Source: Octopus bimaculoides
Taxonomy: Eukaryota
Length of the DNA stretch: 64,000 nucleotides
Assembly: GCF_001194135.2 (NCBI RefSeq)
Contig: NC_068984.1
Span: forward strand, 38,198,347 to 38,262,346
Reading direction: 5' to 3'
A program made the translations under genes and the position numbers. The notes below the pieces were generated by a model that saw nothing but the letters and a program-made list of their open reading frames with translations, ran no database searches and was not told the DNA's origin. This document shows, in pieces, positions 35,246-49,208 of the stretch; the first letter of the stretch is position 1, and each line of letters begins with the position of its first letter.

Positions 35246-37400
35246 TCTGGCCAAATGGAAGGAAACACCCTCTTCCTTACAGAGCAAAAACGGTTGTCAT
35301 TGCAGCTCATATGAATGTAAAAATCAATTGCTAATAATTCGTATGAGAGCCTCACAAAACACAAAATCTTACTTGCTCATAGATTGCTTACAAATATGCA
35401 TTTGACCCACTATTGGATATTAAAAACCCTTAAACTTTAAAAAGTATCACCAACACTGGTCACTTTCTTGAAAAACAGCTTGATCTTGTGGAATACTAAT
35501 CCTATTCTTTCAGACTCAAGGAGTATGAGGTTCTATGATAACATAAGCATCAACTGTGGCATTTTTCAAAGAAATTCTCTTTCTCTACTCCTTTTCTGTC
35601 TCTCTTTAGTTTCCTCATGGTTCTGCAAGCTTGCCACCTGAATAATCATAACTAGCTGGACCGTGAAAACTTCACAGAAAACATAAAAAATGTAAGCATC
35701 TGTAAATTGTGTGCTGGTACCATGAGAAATGTTTCTGTTTTGTGACGCTTAGAGAATATAGAAAGAAGTGTAAAACCGATAACTATATAATCCAGCCAAA
35801 ATATCTCAGTTACGCAAATGTAAACAGAGTTACTATTTAGCCTTAAAATAACATTGTATGTATTCAAAGAACCTTCTTGGTTTAGTGGTATGGCAGGTTC
35901 TTCTGATTCTATTCCTTCACTCAATCTATCTCTCTAATCTCTCTTTTCCCCTCCCTCCCCTCTTCCTCCTCTATGTCTTCTTACCTCTAACTGTCCTGTG
36001 TTTAACGCATTATATTTCTCTTACCTCTCAGCACTATCAATCTCCCCTCTCTCTCTCACACACACTTCCTCTTACTTCCTCCTTTTTGCCTCTTTGCCTC
36101 TCACTTCAACTATATTTCCTCTGCTTCTGTCCCACTCTTCTCTCCCACTTTGCCACTCACTTCAAGTATACCTTCTCTGCTTAACACCTTTTATTTCTCT
36201 TTTCCTTTGTACCTCTCCTTTCTACCTTTTTAACTCTTTCTTTGAAGTAAGTGTGACACACACCACAGGTATGTACAAAAACAAACAAAAATACTAAGTG
36301 TATCAATATTATTGATAATAGTTGTTTCAAATTCCAGCACAAGACAGTACTTGATTTTATTGATCCTGGAAGAATGAAAAGCTAAGTTAACATCAATGAG
36401 ATTTGAATTCAGAATGTAAAAAATCAGAACAAAAATTTCACAAAGGAATCTGTCCAGTGTTCTAACAATTCTGCCATTCATTGCTCGTTTTGTCAATAAT
36501 TATAATTTATAACTTTCACAAACTAATCTTTTGGGGCAAGTATATAAATCAATCCCAGTAAGTCAACAGGATTTGAACCTAGAATATTAAGAAACAGCTA
36601 AACACCACAAAGCATTTTGTCTGGTACTCTATTAATCCATCCAGTTTTTGCCCTATATGATAGTAATAGATAAGTGAATGAAAACAAGCCAGAAGTAAAA
36701 TGGAATTCTGAAATATACTAAAACTGAAACATGAAACACTTCATGATCAAAATTTTTCAAAGTATAACAATAGTTCATTAGGTCTGGGCTAAGAACATTA
36801 AGGAAAGGTCTGATTCCAGATGCACATTATCAATGTCTCACCATAAAAAGTTCTAATAAAATAATGGTATGAAACAAGGCTGACAACAACTGCAGATTAT
36901 GCAGTCTTCACAAAGAAAAAAATTGATCATATCATTTCTGTTTATCCAGTCCTTGCAAAGACAGAATATATCCATAAACATGATCAGATTGGTGGTTGTG
37001 TACATTAGGCAATATGCTGACATTTTGATATGAAAACTTAAAAGACCTGCCTATGATTATTTGAATCATGCCTTCACAGACTGACAAAGAGATCAAAACA
37101 AATCATCCAGATATATAAACAAAATAGTGGAATGAGAAAATATTTACTCTGATAAATATTTCAGTCCCTTCCAAAATACTGCATGGAAAGATGTAAAAAA
37201 AAAAAACTATAAAAGTACAAAGATCTTGAAATGGATATAATTTCGATGTGGAGCATAAAAGTAAACACAATATCAACAATAAGTGGAACACTGAGTAAAA
37301 TAAAGAAGAGCCATATCAAAAATTACAACTTTATACACTGTCCATAAAATAGTCCTGCTAGACACTGCCCACATCTTACACAAAGTACCTTTGATCCAAT
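34870..37400 (+). mobile_element. Highly degenerate R4/Dong-like non-LTR retrotransposon (RT plus CCHC/restriction-like endonuclease), internally interrupted
   Basis: Collinear motifs NYRSITCL (about 35035), LTEQKR, IAYKYAFD, CGIFQRNSLSLLLFCLSL (about 35560), CRLC...IDHIISV...LAKTEYIHKHDQI (about 36890), QTDKEIKTNHPDI, KYKDLEM and HKIVLLDTAHIL. Confidence 0.7.
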
Positions 37401-38429
37401 AGCAAATTGATGCAGTACACTTTGTACAATTCAAAAAATCCACTAAACACAATCTCCACTCAATTTTATAATACAACTTATATAGCACATACTCTATCAA
37501 ATCGCTACCTAATCAAAAAACACAAGCCACGTAACACATATTCTACAAAATTGTCACTCAATGCTACAAAACCAATCACACAACACACTTCCCACAATTT
37601 CATTCCATTGGCCATTTTTGATCCATTAGTAGATGAAGCCTCAGCATGCTTTTGCTGGCTTATTTATGTTGGCTGTAGACCTACCTGCCTGTCCATGCTG
37701 ACCAATTGCCGATTGGACAGAGTGCTCTTGTCAAATGATTAGCCTTAGCCAATGACACCTGGAAAAGATTTCCACTAAGAACACAAAGAATCAGAATAGA
37801 TCCGGTAAAGCATCTCATCCAATGCTCTAACACTTCTGATAATTTGTCCCCTTGGATGGAAATTTTATTTATGAACCTCAAAAGGATGCAAGGCACAGCT
37901 GATTTTGATAGCTGACTTGGGATAAACATAGGTGTGTTCAAGAATCTGCTCAACGTTAGCACCATTCAATAAATTAACACATTTCACAAAACTCATATTC
38001 TACACAACAAACAATAAACACTAAAGTAACACTAGAAACAACAAGACAAACCCAACAATAAAGAAAGTATAGGTAACATACAGGCCTCTTCTTTTATTCC
38101 CAAAGATATTGCTGTACACACATCATGATTACAGAGGTTTATTTAATGAGGCAGTAGAAACACATATGAAACTTTTGAAAATGGATGATAATAATAATAA
38201 CAAGAACACTCAGAAAGTGCAAACCTCCACCAAGGCAACACCAACGTCCTCTCAATGATTCGTTGGAGATGATTTTTAAAATGAGAATATCTGAAATAAA
38301 TTTGACTGCTCTCACAAAGGAGAATACTAAAAGTGAACCCAACCACTTTCAAAAATTAAGTAAAAAAAAAATCAGAAAAATAATCCAGAAATCGATCCCA
38401 ATGGTAGTCATGGAATGTGAAGATGGGTG

Positions 38430-38760
38430 AGCAGGCTGTGTTTGTAATGCTGTGTGTGTGTTGTCTGCTGTGGGAATAGAGACAGTTTTCTCTATGAAGG
38501 CCTTTTTTAGTTTATCCACCGATATAGTGTCTTTATGACCATTAAGGTTTATAGTGAAAAATTTATCTGTGCATAAAAGAAAACGGAAAGGACCTGTATA
38601 CTGTGCTGTTAATGGAGGTTTAACAACATCATTGTGCACAAAATCTTGAGACCAAGAGGTAAAGCTTCCTTCAAGACAGAGCTAGAAATGCAAATGTGAA
38701 GTAGGTAAGAGGTTTTAAACAGGAGTGATATATTCAAAATTGGTAAAACTAAAAATTGTC
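38430..38760 (-). mobile_element. Ty3/gypsy integrase C-terminal (GPY/F) fragment
   Basis: HNDVVKPPLTAQYTGPFRFL...DKFFTINLNGHKDTISVDKLKKAF matches the gypsy pattern DAVKPPLQPPYDGPF...D.VSIDRLKPA. Confidence 0.75.
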
Positions 38761-39938
38761 AAGGATAAATTAAATTTATTCTTGTTACTGAATATGTTAG
38801 TGTTATTTAATTTCTGAATGGTTTTGTTGCCGTTTATTTATGTAGTTTGACTTCTTTATCCATCAATTTCTACTAAGATAGACACAAGTAAAATTAATAA
38901 TAGAGAAACAAAAATAAAACTTTGGAAACAGCAATGCCACCATAACTTACATGGAAACCATGAGTGTGCTTTCAAAGGAGATAATCAGAGAAAGACTTGA
39001 AAGTCAATGTAAGATCCTAATACTTCATGTAAAGTAAAGTAAATATAACAAATAATTCAGAATTCTTGTCCAGTACCGGATCGATCCCAAAATCTAATCA
39101 GTTCATGCCATATGAACACAGTTGTGTTATGTCATGACTTAAACTTTGCAATCTGGTGACTTAGTTTTGACTCTTGCTACAAAACCAAAAACCAGTATAA
39201 GTGTGATTTAAGCATACATATACTCATGTGTGTCTACAGTGTATGTAGAGATCACGTAACAAAAAATGTTGGAACTCAAAATGGATGGAAAAAAAAAAAA
39301 TATGGAAATGACACAGACAAAAAAAATGAAAGTAAAATATTTCAGTTTAGTTCATAAACTGTTCAAAATTTGAAAGACTATTTTTGCATGGCAACAGTTA
39401 GGAAAAAATTGCAGAACATGTGAGATACGTGTCTGTACAAAAGTATGTTTCAATGCTAGGCTGCAAGTCAAATTGTTAAAGTGAGTATGAATGTTTGTAT
39501 CTCTTTTTCATCTAACCAAACAGAATAAACCAAGATCTAAGAATGTCAAAAAGAAAGAGAGATAAAAATAAGTGAGTGCGTGTGTGTGAATGCTTTTGTG
39601 ATAGTACTGATGATGCCACTGGCCAAAATGTTCTGTAAGTAGCAGAAAAAAACTATGGAGAAAAATTTTGCAAAGCATCAGTCTACTGCAGTAAAACAAA
39701 GAGGTTGCATATTTGCTGTGTGAATGTGTGAGTGTGTGTAAAATAAAGACAATGATAGACAGTCTGAGAGGATATGTCATGTTGATTCAATAAAGTTCAT
39801 CTTTAAAACATGACGGTGTAACACCTAGTAAAATGTTGAAGTGGAGTTGCAAAGAAAAATGCTGGCATCAAGTAAATCTCAGGTAGTTGTTCTATGTATA
39901 TTGTCAATTAACAGAAAGGCATGTGCATGGCTGCATGG

Positions 39939-40748
39939 TTGTTATAACTTTTAATTCTTCTAAGTGATTGATTTTGGTTGTCTTTTTCGAGCCATCAGAG
40001 AATGCACTGACTACAATGTGAAACACTGCCATGCATAAGTAGACTTGTTGGCTAGATTTGAGGACTTCACTGGACCATTCTATTGGTAGTAGCAATAAAT
40101 AGGCTGTGTGTACAAAGGGCAGAGATGTGATCAATGTGAGTTTATGACCCATGCCTGCTGAGAAGTCCTTCTTCACAGGGTTGGTTCCAGGCCCTAATCC
40201 CTATCACTGAAGGCAGTTCAGAAGTTTCTCAACCCTCCTGGGCTGGGAGAGACACACCCATAGATACCTCCAGGATAGTGCACGTGCAGCCCCGGACATC
40301 CAAGGGTATCACAGACCTATTATCACTCCACTTCATGCAACTTTCTGCCATCCATCCCTCTAAGAAGTGCTGTGTTCACCAACCAACCAGCTTAGATGCA
40401 ACAGCATGCTATTGTTGGGCTTTCGTGAGCTGAGCTGACCTGATCAGGTTATTGTCATTACTCTACAACTGGTGTCATGACCATATGATAACTGGCTGTG
40501 GCCACAACAATGGACATGAAAGAGAGTGGTGGCAATGGCAAGCTCAGCCTGCATGCAGAGCAACCAGTGACAGCTTTAGCAAAGCCGCACTACCAGAATA
40601 GTGCTATTTGATGTGCTAGTTAGCAGGCCAGAGTCTTGTTTGGTTTTTGGAATTAACCAGACAGATTGCTTCACAACTATGAATGGCTTTGCACCATCAC
40701 CCACTGAATTGAGAAAGAGCTATCAATCTGTCAGTTCTACCCATATCT
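39939..40748 (-). pseudogene. 18S rRNA pseudogene fragment (3' part, including an expanded V7)
   Basis: The plus strand matches reverse-complement 18S landmarks: ttgttataacttttaattcttctaagtga, ggtagtagc...tgtgtacaaagggcag, gcagccccggacatccaagggtatcacagacct, ccctctaagaagt, ggaattaaccagaca and gaaagagctatcaatctgtca. Many CG-to-TG/CA changes. Confidence 0.92.
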
Positions 40749-40885
40749 GAAATGGATACATGTTTCTGTGTGTCTGAGACTCAGTCTCATTGTATGGCAT
40801 GTTGGACAAGTGTCTTCTATTAAATCCCTGAGCTGATCAAAGCCTTGGTAGTGGATTCGGTGGGTGGAAACTGAAAGAAGTCTGT

Positions 40886-40935
<50 letters not shown>

Positions 40936-41619
40936 NNNNNNNNNNNNNNNNNNNNNNNNNNNNNNNNNNNNNNNNNNNNNNNNNNNNNNNNNNNNNNNNN
41001 NNNNNNNNNNNNNNNNNNNNNNNNNNNNNNNNNNNNNNNNNNNNNNNNNNNNNNNNNNNNNNNNNNNNNNNNNNNNNNNNNNNNNNNNNNNNNNNNNNNN
41101 NNNNNNNNNNNNNNNNNNNNNNNNNNNNNNNNNNNNNNNNNNNNNNNNNNNNNNNNNNNNNNNNNNNNNNNNNNNNNNNNNNNNNNNNNNNNNNNNNNNN
41201 NNNNNNNNNNNNNNNNNNNNNNNNNNNNNNNNNNNNNNNNNNNNNNNNNNNNNNNNNNACCAACATCTACCACTCTTTTTTTTTTCCTATTCTCTTTTTC
41301 TTTTCTTTTCCCTCCTGTAATCCTTTTGACCAATACCTTTCTTTCTTCCTTCTAACATTTTTATCAAAACATAAAAGACTTTCTCACCTTCCCGAGCGTC
41401 AAACTAATACACCTGCTTGTTGTTTATACACCTGTCTTCATCTTTTGTTTTTCTGTCTGGCTATGGAGAAATATTAACTTGCTTGGAAAGAGATAAAGGT
41501 TAGCAACAGAAGGGCAACTAGCTATAGAAAATCTGCTTCAACAGGTGATGATGATGAAGATGATAATGATGGAAAAGCATTCACAATATTTTGTCAAGAA
41601 TATAGCATGCTTTTCATAA

Positions 41620-42214
41620 ATGAAAACAAACATAACAGACATTTTCCTGTGATGGAATCAGCCTGGTGTACTTTTGATCAGGTGTCCAAAGATGTGGTGC
41701 CCACCAAGCAGAAACTTTCATCATGGCAAGTTCATTGAACAGAATATTCTCAATTCTTTCACGGGATATGCTAAATGCATTGGCTATATCATTCATAGTT
41801 AATCACTGGTCATCCATCACAATGTGGTGAGCACAATCAATGTTTTCTTCAGTGATGGCAGTTGCAGGATGTCTATTTTCAAGACACTCCCTTCCCCTCC
41901 TAAATTCAACTTCTCACTTTTGCACTGTTGGTAAATCTGGAATGCCATCCCCTAACTTAGCAACAATATCAGCATGAATGTTCTTGGGGGCTAAACCCAT
42001 TCTTTGCAGGTAAACCATGATGCCAAATGTTGTCCATTTTCAAAAGAAGTTGCTACTAGTTACTTTTGAAGTCTTCTTTGAACAGTCATATGTCAATTTA
42101 TCTGGAAAGAAACACTGTTGTTATTAAGAAGAGCTGAATTTAATGCATACAAGTTTTCGCAGCTCTAGCAACATTCCATCATAGTCAGCCTATGAACTTT
42201 TCAGCCCACCCTTG
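41620..42214 (-). mobile_element. Degenerate mariner, 5' half
   Basis: Minus-strand end ta|caagggtgggctgaaaagttcataggctgac. Broken ORF: GLAPKNIHADIV.KLGDG.P..PTV.KW..EFRRGR..LE...TEENI...ISRERIENIL.NEL.M.KVSAWWAPHLWTPDQK. Confidence 0.85.
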
Positions 42215-43589
42215 TACTTTTAGCAAGATTTCATGCTGGTGTCAACCAATTAGCAGAGTGTATGTGAAATTTAAAGAGACATGCTTTTGTGAGAACCAAC
42301 AGAAACAGGTAATTGTTTTGGATTCATTTGGCTGCTTTCAATTCACTCAGTTAAGCATAAAAAATGAAACATGTTGAATTAAAAGTTCTATTTGAATGAG
42401 AAATATTTGGCTGAGTCAACATCACTGAAAGGAACAATTTTCCACAGTTTGTGTTTTCATGTATCATTGTGTCTATGTTGGGCTTTACTCCGATGTAGGT
42501 TTCTTGTTCTTATCGGGCTTGGCTTCAATATTTTGCCAGCCTTGGTCTCAGTTGAATAGTTAACAAGAAGCAAATGTTGTGTGTATATATCTGTTCATTG
42601 CATGTTATTGTGAGATAGAAAGTAGCCTTAATTCCAGATAGGAAGTTGGCAGTCATTTCACCAGTTAAAGAATGATATATATTTGTTGAATTACCAAGTA
42701 TAAGGTAGTATTTACATCTTTTTGCTTGTAGGGTTAACCTAAGAATTAAATGCTTATTGGTACTGTGTTCTTGTTGGATCACCAAATATAACTTGGGGTA
42801 AAAGTTGATGAAAGAGTGAACCTTAGTTCTTCTTCATCTTCTTTATTTTCCTCATCATTTTCCTAAGGAAGGATCTCATTGTTATTCATTGTTATCTTCC
42901 TCCACACCTGTTTTTAGTATTTTATGTTGAGTCTTCTCATGAAGACTCAGCTTGTTTTTTTTTTCTTTTTTTTGTTTCTTCCTTTCATATTTTCTCTGAT
43001 TGTTTGTAGATTTCATCTTAAACTTTATTCTTTTCCCCATTGTTATATGAGAATGGAGTGGTGCCAACAAAAGGAGATGAGGTACTTGCTCATCAGTTTC
43101 TAACAGGGATTTCTGATGCTATCTGCTGAGTCTTGGCTGATGGTGTTCTGGAGACTGGGGTTTGTTCTTTTTGCTGTCTCAGGTGATCATGACGCGTAAT
43201 CACGGAGATGAGTTTGAGTCCACAGCTAACCACCTACACTTTTTTCTGCAAAATAGGGATAGTTTATCCTGTTCAGGCTATATTATTAGCATTATCCTGC
43301 GATTGAGAATTTAAAATCACTTCTTTGGCTTTCTAAGACATCTCAACGCTTCTAAAATGCAAACTTCGTTTGTTTGTTTATGTTTGTCGTAATTTGAATT
43401 TGTTATTATTTTTGTTTTTCTCTCATCCTCTCTCTTAGCTTAGTCATTCCAGTTCTTCTAAGTAATCAGCTCTGAAAGGATGAAAGGATGAAAGGCAAAG
43501 TTAACCTTGGCTTTAACGTTTTCTTTTATTCTTAATAACTCTTTCTAAATTAGGCACAAGGCCAACAATTTTCAAGTGAATGGGACAAA

Positions 43590-43985
43590 GTGGGGAGAAA
43601 GGATCTACAAATGTTGGGACTCACAGAGGAGATGACAGGGGACTGAGGCTCCTGATGGTTTGCTGTGCTTGAGAAGACAAGTCAAGCTAAATAAAAGCAT
43701 GGTTGTCCTTGCATACAGGTTCACTGCCTGCACCCCTCTCCAGCTGAGCATCTCTGATTTCACGGTCTTGTAGGTGCTGGTGCCATGTAAAAAAAAGCAC
43801 CCATGCTAGTGCTGTGTAAAAGCACCCAGTACACTGTGTAAAGTGGTTGGCATTGGAAAGGGCATCCAGCTGTAGAAACTATGTTAAAACAGATAGGGTG
43901 CCTGAACAGCCCTTCAGCTGGTCAGCAGCTCCAGTCAAACCATCCATCCCATGCCAGCATGAAAAACAGATGTTAGATGATGATA
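43590..43985 (+). mobile_element. Older RTE LINE 3' end (ORF tail plus 3' UTR)
   Basis: DLQMLGLTEEMT...FAVLEKT.QAK* is homologous to the 58870-58947 ORF end; followed by ggaaagggcatccagctgtagaaac...catgccagcatgaaaa...gatgatgat. Confidence 0.7.
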
Positions 43986-45634
43986 CTCGACTGGTACTTT
44001 ATTTTATCAACCCTGAGAGGATGTTTTTGACTGCAGTAGAATTAGAGCTCAGAATGTAAAGAGCCTGAAGAAATGCTGCTAAGCATTTTGTCAGAGAAGC
44101 TGATGATTCTGACAGCTCACCACCTTTCATTTACTCTTTATAACGATGTGGTGATGTGTATGTACTGCAATGTTGTTGTTTAGCCCCAAGTTGACCCCAA
44201 TTATTCAGACTATCCTGTCTCTTAAAGGGTATCAAGGACTACTTAATCTAATGTGCTCTTCCCTTCTTTTCATGACAGTAAAGTGTTTACTGCTTTTTCT
44301 AGCAGGTCAAGCAACAAGGTACAGACTCCTTCATTGACTCACACATAAGTCTAATGTAATGAAGTGTTGTGTATTTTTTTAGTGTGATACTATGCTTCAT
44401 GTGAATGTTAAGCTCCATTAAATCTAAATGATACCAATATTCCAATAGTTTCATATCTGCTGCTTAATTTGTTCCTTTTTGTAGTTGGATAATCCTTCCA
44501 TCTGGCACCACATGGAGGTAGCCAGGCTATCACATTTTTACTGCAGTTCTTGCTTTTATTATTTTTTGTTATTGCTGTTTATTCTTCTTTTTCTTCTCTC
44601 TCTCTCTCTCTCTCTCTCCTCACTTTGTTTCCCTTTCTATCCTTTCTCTTCTCATCTCTCACCTTCCCCATCTCTCTCTTCTCATTATCCACTTCTCTCT
44701 TTCCCTCTTCCATCAATCTCTTTTGCTTTCCTTTTCCACTTTTACTCCTGCTCTTCTGTCTCTGTCTCCTGATCTTCCTCACTATTTTCCGCTTCTTCCT
44801 CTCCTTTTCTCTCTCCTCTCTCTGTCACCCCCTTATCTATTCTCCTTCTCCTCTTCTTTCATTTCCCTTACTACTCCTTTCCTTCTCTACCCTCTTTACT
44901 ATTTTCCCACTACCATACAGTTCCGATATTTATTTACTGTAATTTCATTTGAATTTCTTTGGTGCAGTATTGATGATTTTTTTCCCCTTACCTGATACTA
45001 ACCTATACTTAAATGACAGGTGACTCAAAACAACCCTCTGGATGCAGAGGCAGTGGAACAGTAGTGATGGTGGTGGTGGAGTGATACGGTGGTAGCGTGA
45101 TACGGTGGTGGTACAGGGTTGTCAGCTGTTGACACGTTACAAAGGCTAGATCTTCTGTATGCATGTTTACATGTGTATATATATATGTGTGTACATGTGT
45201 GTGTATGTTAGCATTTTTATATACTTGCATGTATATGCATGTGAATATGCATATAAATGTGTATTTATTTGTATAAATATTTCTATATGCATATAGAAAT
45301 ATGCAAGCATGTTTTTTGTATTTTCATTTGTGTGTACATGTGTGCATGCTAGCCTTTATTTATGTGTGCATGTGTATGCATGTGGATATGTAAATAAATG
45401 TGTATGTTTACATTTGAATATGTATTTCTTTATGTGTATATACTTGTGTATGCTTTCGTTTGTATAAGTATGTTCATGTGTGTAAGTGTATAGGTGTACA
45501 TGTTTGAATGCATACAGCTATGTATGTATATGTGTGTGAATGTGTATAAGAGTGTATGTTTTAATTTGCATATGATATCAGTGTGTGTGTGTGTATATGT
45601 ATGTGTGTATATTTTCCTTTATATATATGTTTCT

Positions 45635-45689
<55 letters not shown>

Positions 45690-45773
45690 NNNNNNNNNNN
45701 NNNNNNNNNNNNNNNNNNNNNNNNNNNNNNNNNNNNNNNNNNNNNNNNNNNNNNNNNNNNNNNNNNNNNNNNN

Positions 45774-45818
<45 letters not shown>

Positions 45819-46882
45819 TTTATATATGTGTGTATGTGTGTGTGTGTGTGCGCATGTGTATTTTCATTTGTATATGTATGTCTCTTTTCTCTTTATATAT
45901 GTGTGTGTGTGTGCATGTGTGTATATTTTTATTTATATATGTATCCCTGTGTACATGTTTTTGTTCATGTGTATGTATGCATATATGAATGTGAATATGT
46001 GTGTATGTCTTCAATAGTATACATTTTTATATGTGTATGTGTTTAGATGTGTATATGAATATCTATGTTTGAATATGTAAATGCATAGCACAAGTATGTG
46101 TATTTTGCATTTCAATATGTTGTGTGTGTGTGTGTGTGTGAGTGTGTGTGTGTGAGTGTGTGTGTGTGTTTTCTATAATTTTAGCTCACTTCAGCTAGAA
46201 TCTGTTATGATTTTGGTAATTGATGGAGCACTGCTACAGAACATGTATACGTGAATGTGTGTCTGTATATGTGTGTGTGTGTGCATGCTTGTGTGTGTAT
46301 GCATGCATGTATGTGTATCTGTATATGTGTGTGTAACTATGCTTATGCAAAGAAGAGGTGGGAATGATGCTTTGAAGAGTTGAGGATCGCATGACAAATT
46401 TATGATGTGTTCTATATGAAATTATTTTATGCTTCTAGGTGATAGTGAAGGCTGTTGTGGTGACAATGATGGTGGAGGTAATGGTGGTGGTAGTGGTGGT
46501 GGTGGTGGTGGTGATACATTGGTTTGAAATTCACACGAATACATATTAACTCTGTCATATGTATATATATTATATATCTGATGCATTCATAACAATTATA
46601 AAACAACTAAAACAATGAAAAAAAACCTGCATAACGACTAGAATCACTGTTTTAATCTAAAAGTAATATTAAAATTAACATCATCAGTGATAGCTGTATC
46701 ATCATCATCATCATAATCATCATCAGTAGCAGCAGCAGTGGTAGTGGTGATACCAGTAGTAATATGACCATCATCGTTTTCATCATCATCCTCACCATCG
46801 CCACCACCTTCGGCATCATTTCTAGTACCACTTCTGCAACCACCATCACCACCACCATCACCACCTCCACAACCACCACCAC

Positions 46883-46926
<44 letters not shown>

Positions 46927-47012
46927 ACATCATAAGCACAAACCTAACCATCACCAACACTAGTAGAACACAATTACTGAAAACTGCAGGTATAGAGATG
47001 ACAATGTTGCAG

Positions 47013-47155
47013 AAATAGTGACAACGATTGCAGCTGCAGTGATAACACCAGCACAACAGTAGTCACAATGATTGCAGCTGCAGTGACAGCAACATCACAA
47101 CAGTAGTCACAATGATTGCAGCTGCAGTGACAGCAACATCACAACAGTAGTAACA
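47013..47155. repeat. 44-bp minisatellite, about 3 units, with palindromic core tgcagctgca
   Basis: Unit cagtagtcacaatgattgcagctgcagtgacagcaacatcacaa starts at 47057, 47101 and (partial) 47145, plus a diverged copy at about 47013. Confidence 0.9.
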
Positions 47156-48081
47156 ACAACAATTCTGACTGCTTCATCAAAGATAGTAGGTTGTTATTTG
47201 AGGTTAAATTGGTTGCTATTTCTAGTAATTCAAATGATTACATAGATACTTCTGTTTGCCATTTTTTCTCAAAGATGTAAACAAATGAAGAAATGTTTTA
47301 GAATTCAGATCTTTCTTTTAATTAGCTGATTGCTATAAACAAAAACCTCAAACTTGAATGCAAATAATTATACAGTATGACAATAAATAGCTAATTTAAC
47401 GATTATATTTGATATATAGAGCATTAAAAACTATATTGAAATGAATATACATACTAATAAAAATTTATACAAGTAAATGCCTAACATTAAGTTGCATTTT
47501 CTTTACAAGCATGGGAAACAACTGCTGACATGTTTCATTCTTATTCTGACATTTTCAGCAAAGAATGGTTCCCCCCTCCCCATATTTGTAAAAGTAGTGA
47601 TAAATTAATCACTAAGTAAATATACATGATTATGAGCTTGGAACTGTAGTCAATCATAATAAAGGCCTTGCATATTGAAGAAAAAAATTATGAAATGCAA
47701 ACTGCCAGTAAAATGTCTTAGCAGTGAACATGACACTCTCAAAAGCTCTGAGTGTCTTTTGTTGTTATATTATCAGATTAATGATTCAGTTCATAAGTAT
47801 GCATACAACTTTGTAATGGTAAAATTGATAGAGTAGATAGCTACTGTAGTGTGAAAATCAAATATTTCAAAAAGGTGACAGAAAAGATGCAAAATCACAA
47901 AACAAACTATTTCTGTTTAAAAGATATTCTTGTCATCTTTATTTTGTTTGGAATTAGAAGTTTGAAGTCAGAGTACAGACAGCTATACAAGTTGTTGTTG
48001 TTGCTGTTGTCTTTTATCATAGGTGGTGAACAAGTCAAGTCATTAGAGTGTTGAACAAAATGCTTTGCAATATTTATTCTA

Positions 48082-48295
48082 GCAGCGAGCTGGCAGAATC
48101 TTAAGTACGCTGGGAAAAACACTTAGTGGCCTTTCATCTATCTTTACGTTCTGAGTTCAAATTCGGTCAATGTCCACTTTGCCTTTTATCCTTTCATGGG
48201 GTCAATAAAATAAGTACCAGTTGAGCACTTGGATCGATGTAGTTAACTAGCAACCACCACTGAATTTGCTGGCCTTATGCCAAAATTTGAATCCA
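48082..48295 (+). mobile_element. tRNA-derived SINE, family B
   Basis: gcagcgagctggcagaatc...ctgagttcaaattc...ctttgccttttatcctttc; homologous to 3806-4020. Confidence 0.8.
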
Positions 48296-49159
48296 ATGTT
48301 TTTCCAGCTCCTTGCACTTTGAGATCAAATCCTGTCAAGGTAACTTTGTGTTTAATCCTTTCTCAGGGTCAATAATTTGACAATTCCACTAATCTGCAAC
48401 TGTGAACTAGTGGAATTGTTGTAATATGAGACAAGATGCCTTATGGGATTTATGTTTGTGTTCTCAGTTCAAATTCTGCCTGTGGGAAGATTTAATCAAT
48501 TGCCCATTTTAACACTATCATCTGCTCCTTAGTGGAGTCTACTCAGTCCATGCATTCAAATCAAATCTCCAGTTTGAGGATTCTTCCCCACCACCCCACT
48601 CCACCCCCAGTCTCAGAAGTCGTCAAAAAGCTCCCTGGTACTCTCATGCCATCTTGACTAAGTTATAAGAAAAATACTTGAATTCATCAAGCGAATCTAT
48701 GTTCAAAGGTATTCCAGCTGTGACTATCCCATTTTTTCTTTTACTCTCAAGAATAATGTATATTATCCAACATAAACATTTTTAAGTTGATAGAAATGGC
48801 TTGAGGGATATTTGGTTGCTAGATCTTGCATGTCAAGTGGCTACACAGAGGCTCCCTTGCTTGTTTCTTGTTATAAGCTATTTAAAGCTCTTTCTATCTC
48901 TCTCTCTACTTATATATATATACTTTTTTATTTCTGGGTTAATAAGGTTACCAATGGTTTCATGTAGTCATCTCTTAACAATTATCAAGCCTGCTGGTAC
49001 TTGTCTCCATCTTGGATGGTAATTGTTGAGAGATTTCTCTCCACATGAAACTATTGGTAGAATGCAGGGGTTGAGCATTCATTCTCACTGTTCAATATTA
49101 GAATATATATCTATATATATATATATATATATNNNNNNNNNNGCATGTGTTTCTGTGCA

Positions 49160-49208
<49 letters not shown>

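Noticed and set aside
38960-39008. ATG exon starting MSVL as BBS5 exon 1
   Set aside because: Only four residues match; the invariant WEDRDVRFD motif is absent.
43060-43110. Hammerhead core ctgatgag on the minus strand
   Set aside because: No GAAA box follows a plausible stem II.
47013-47155. CRISPR-like array
   Set aside because: Units are head-to-tail with no unique spacers, no cas genes are present, and the context is eukaryotic.
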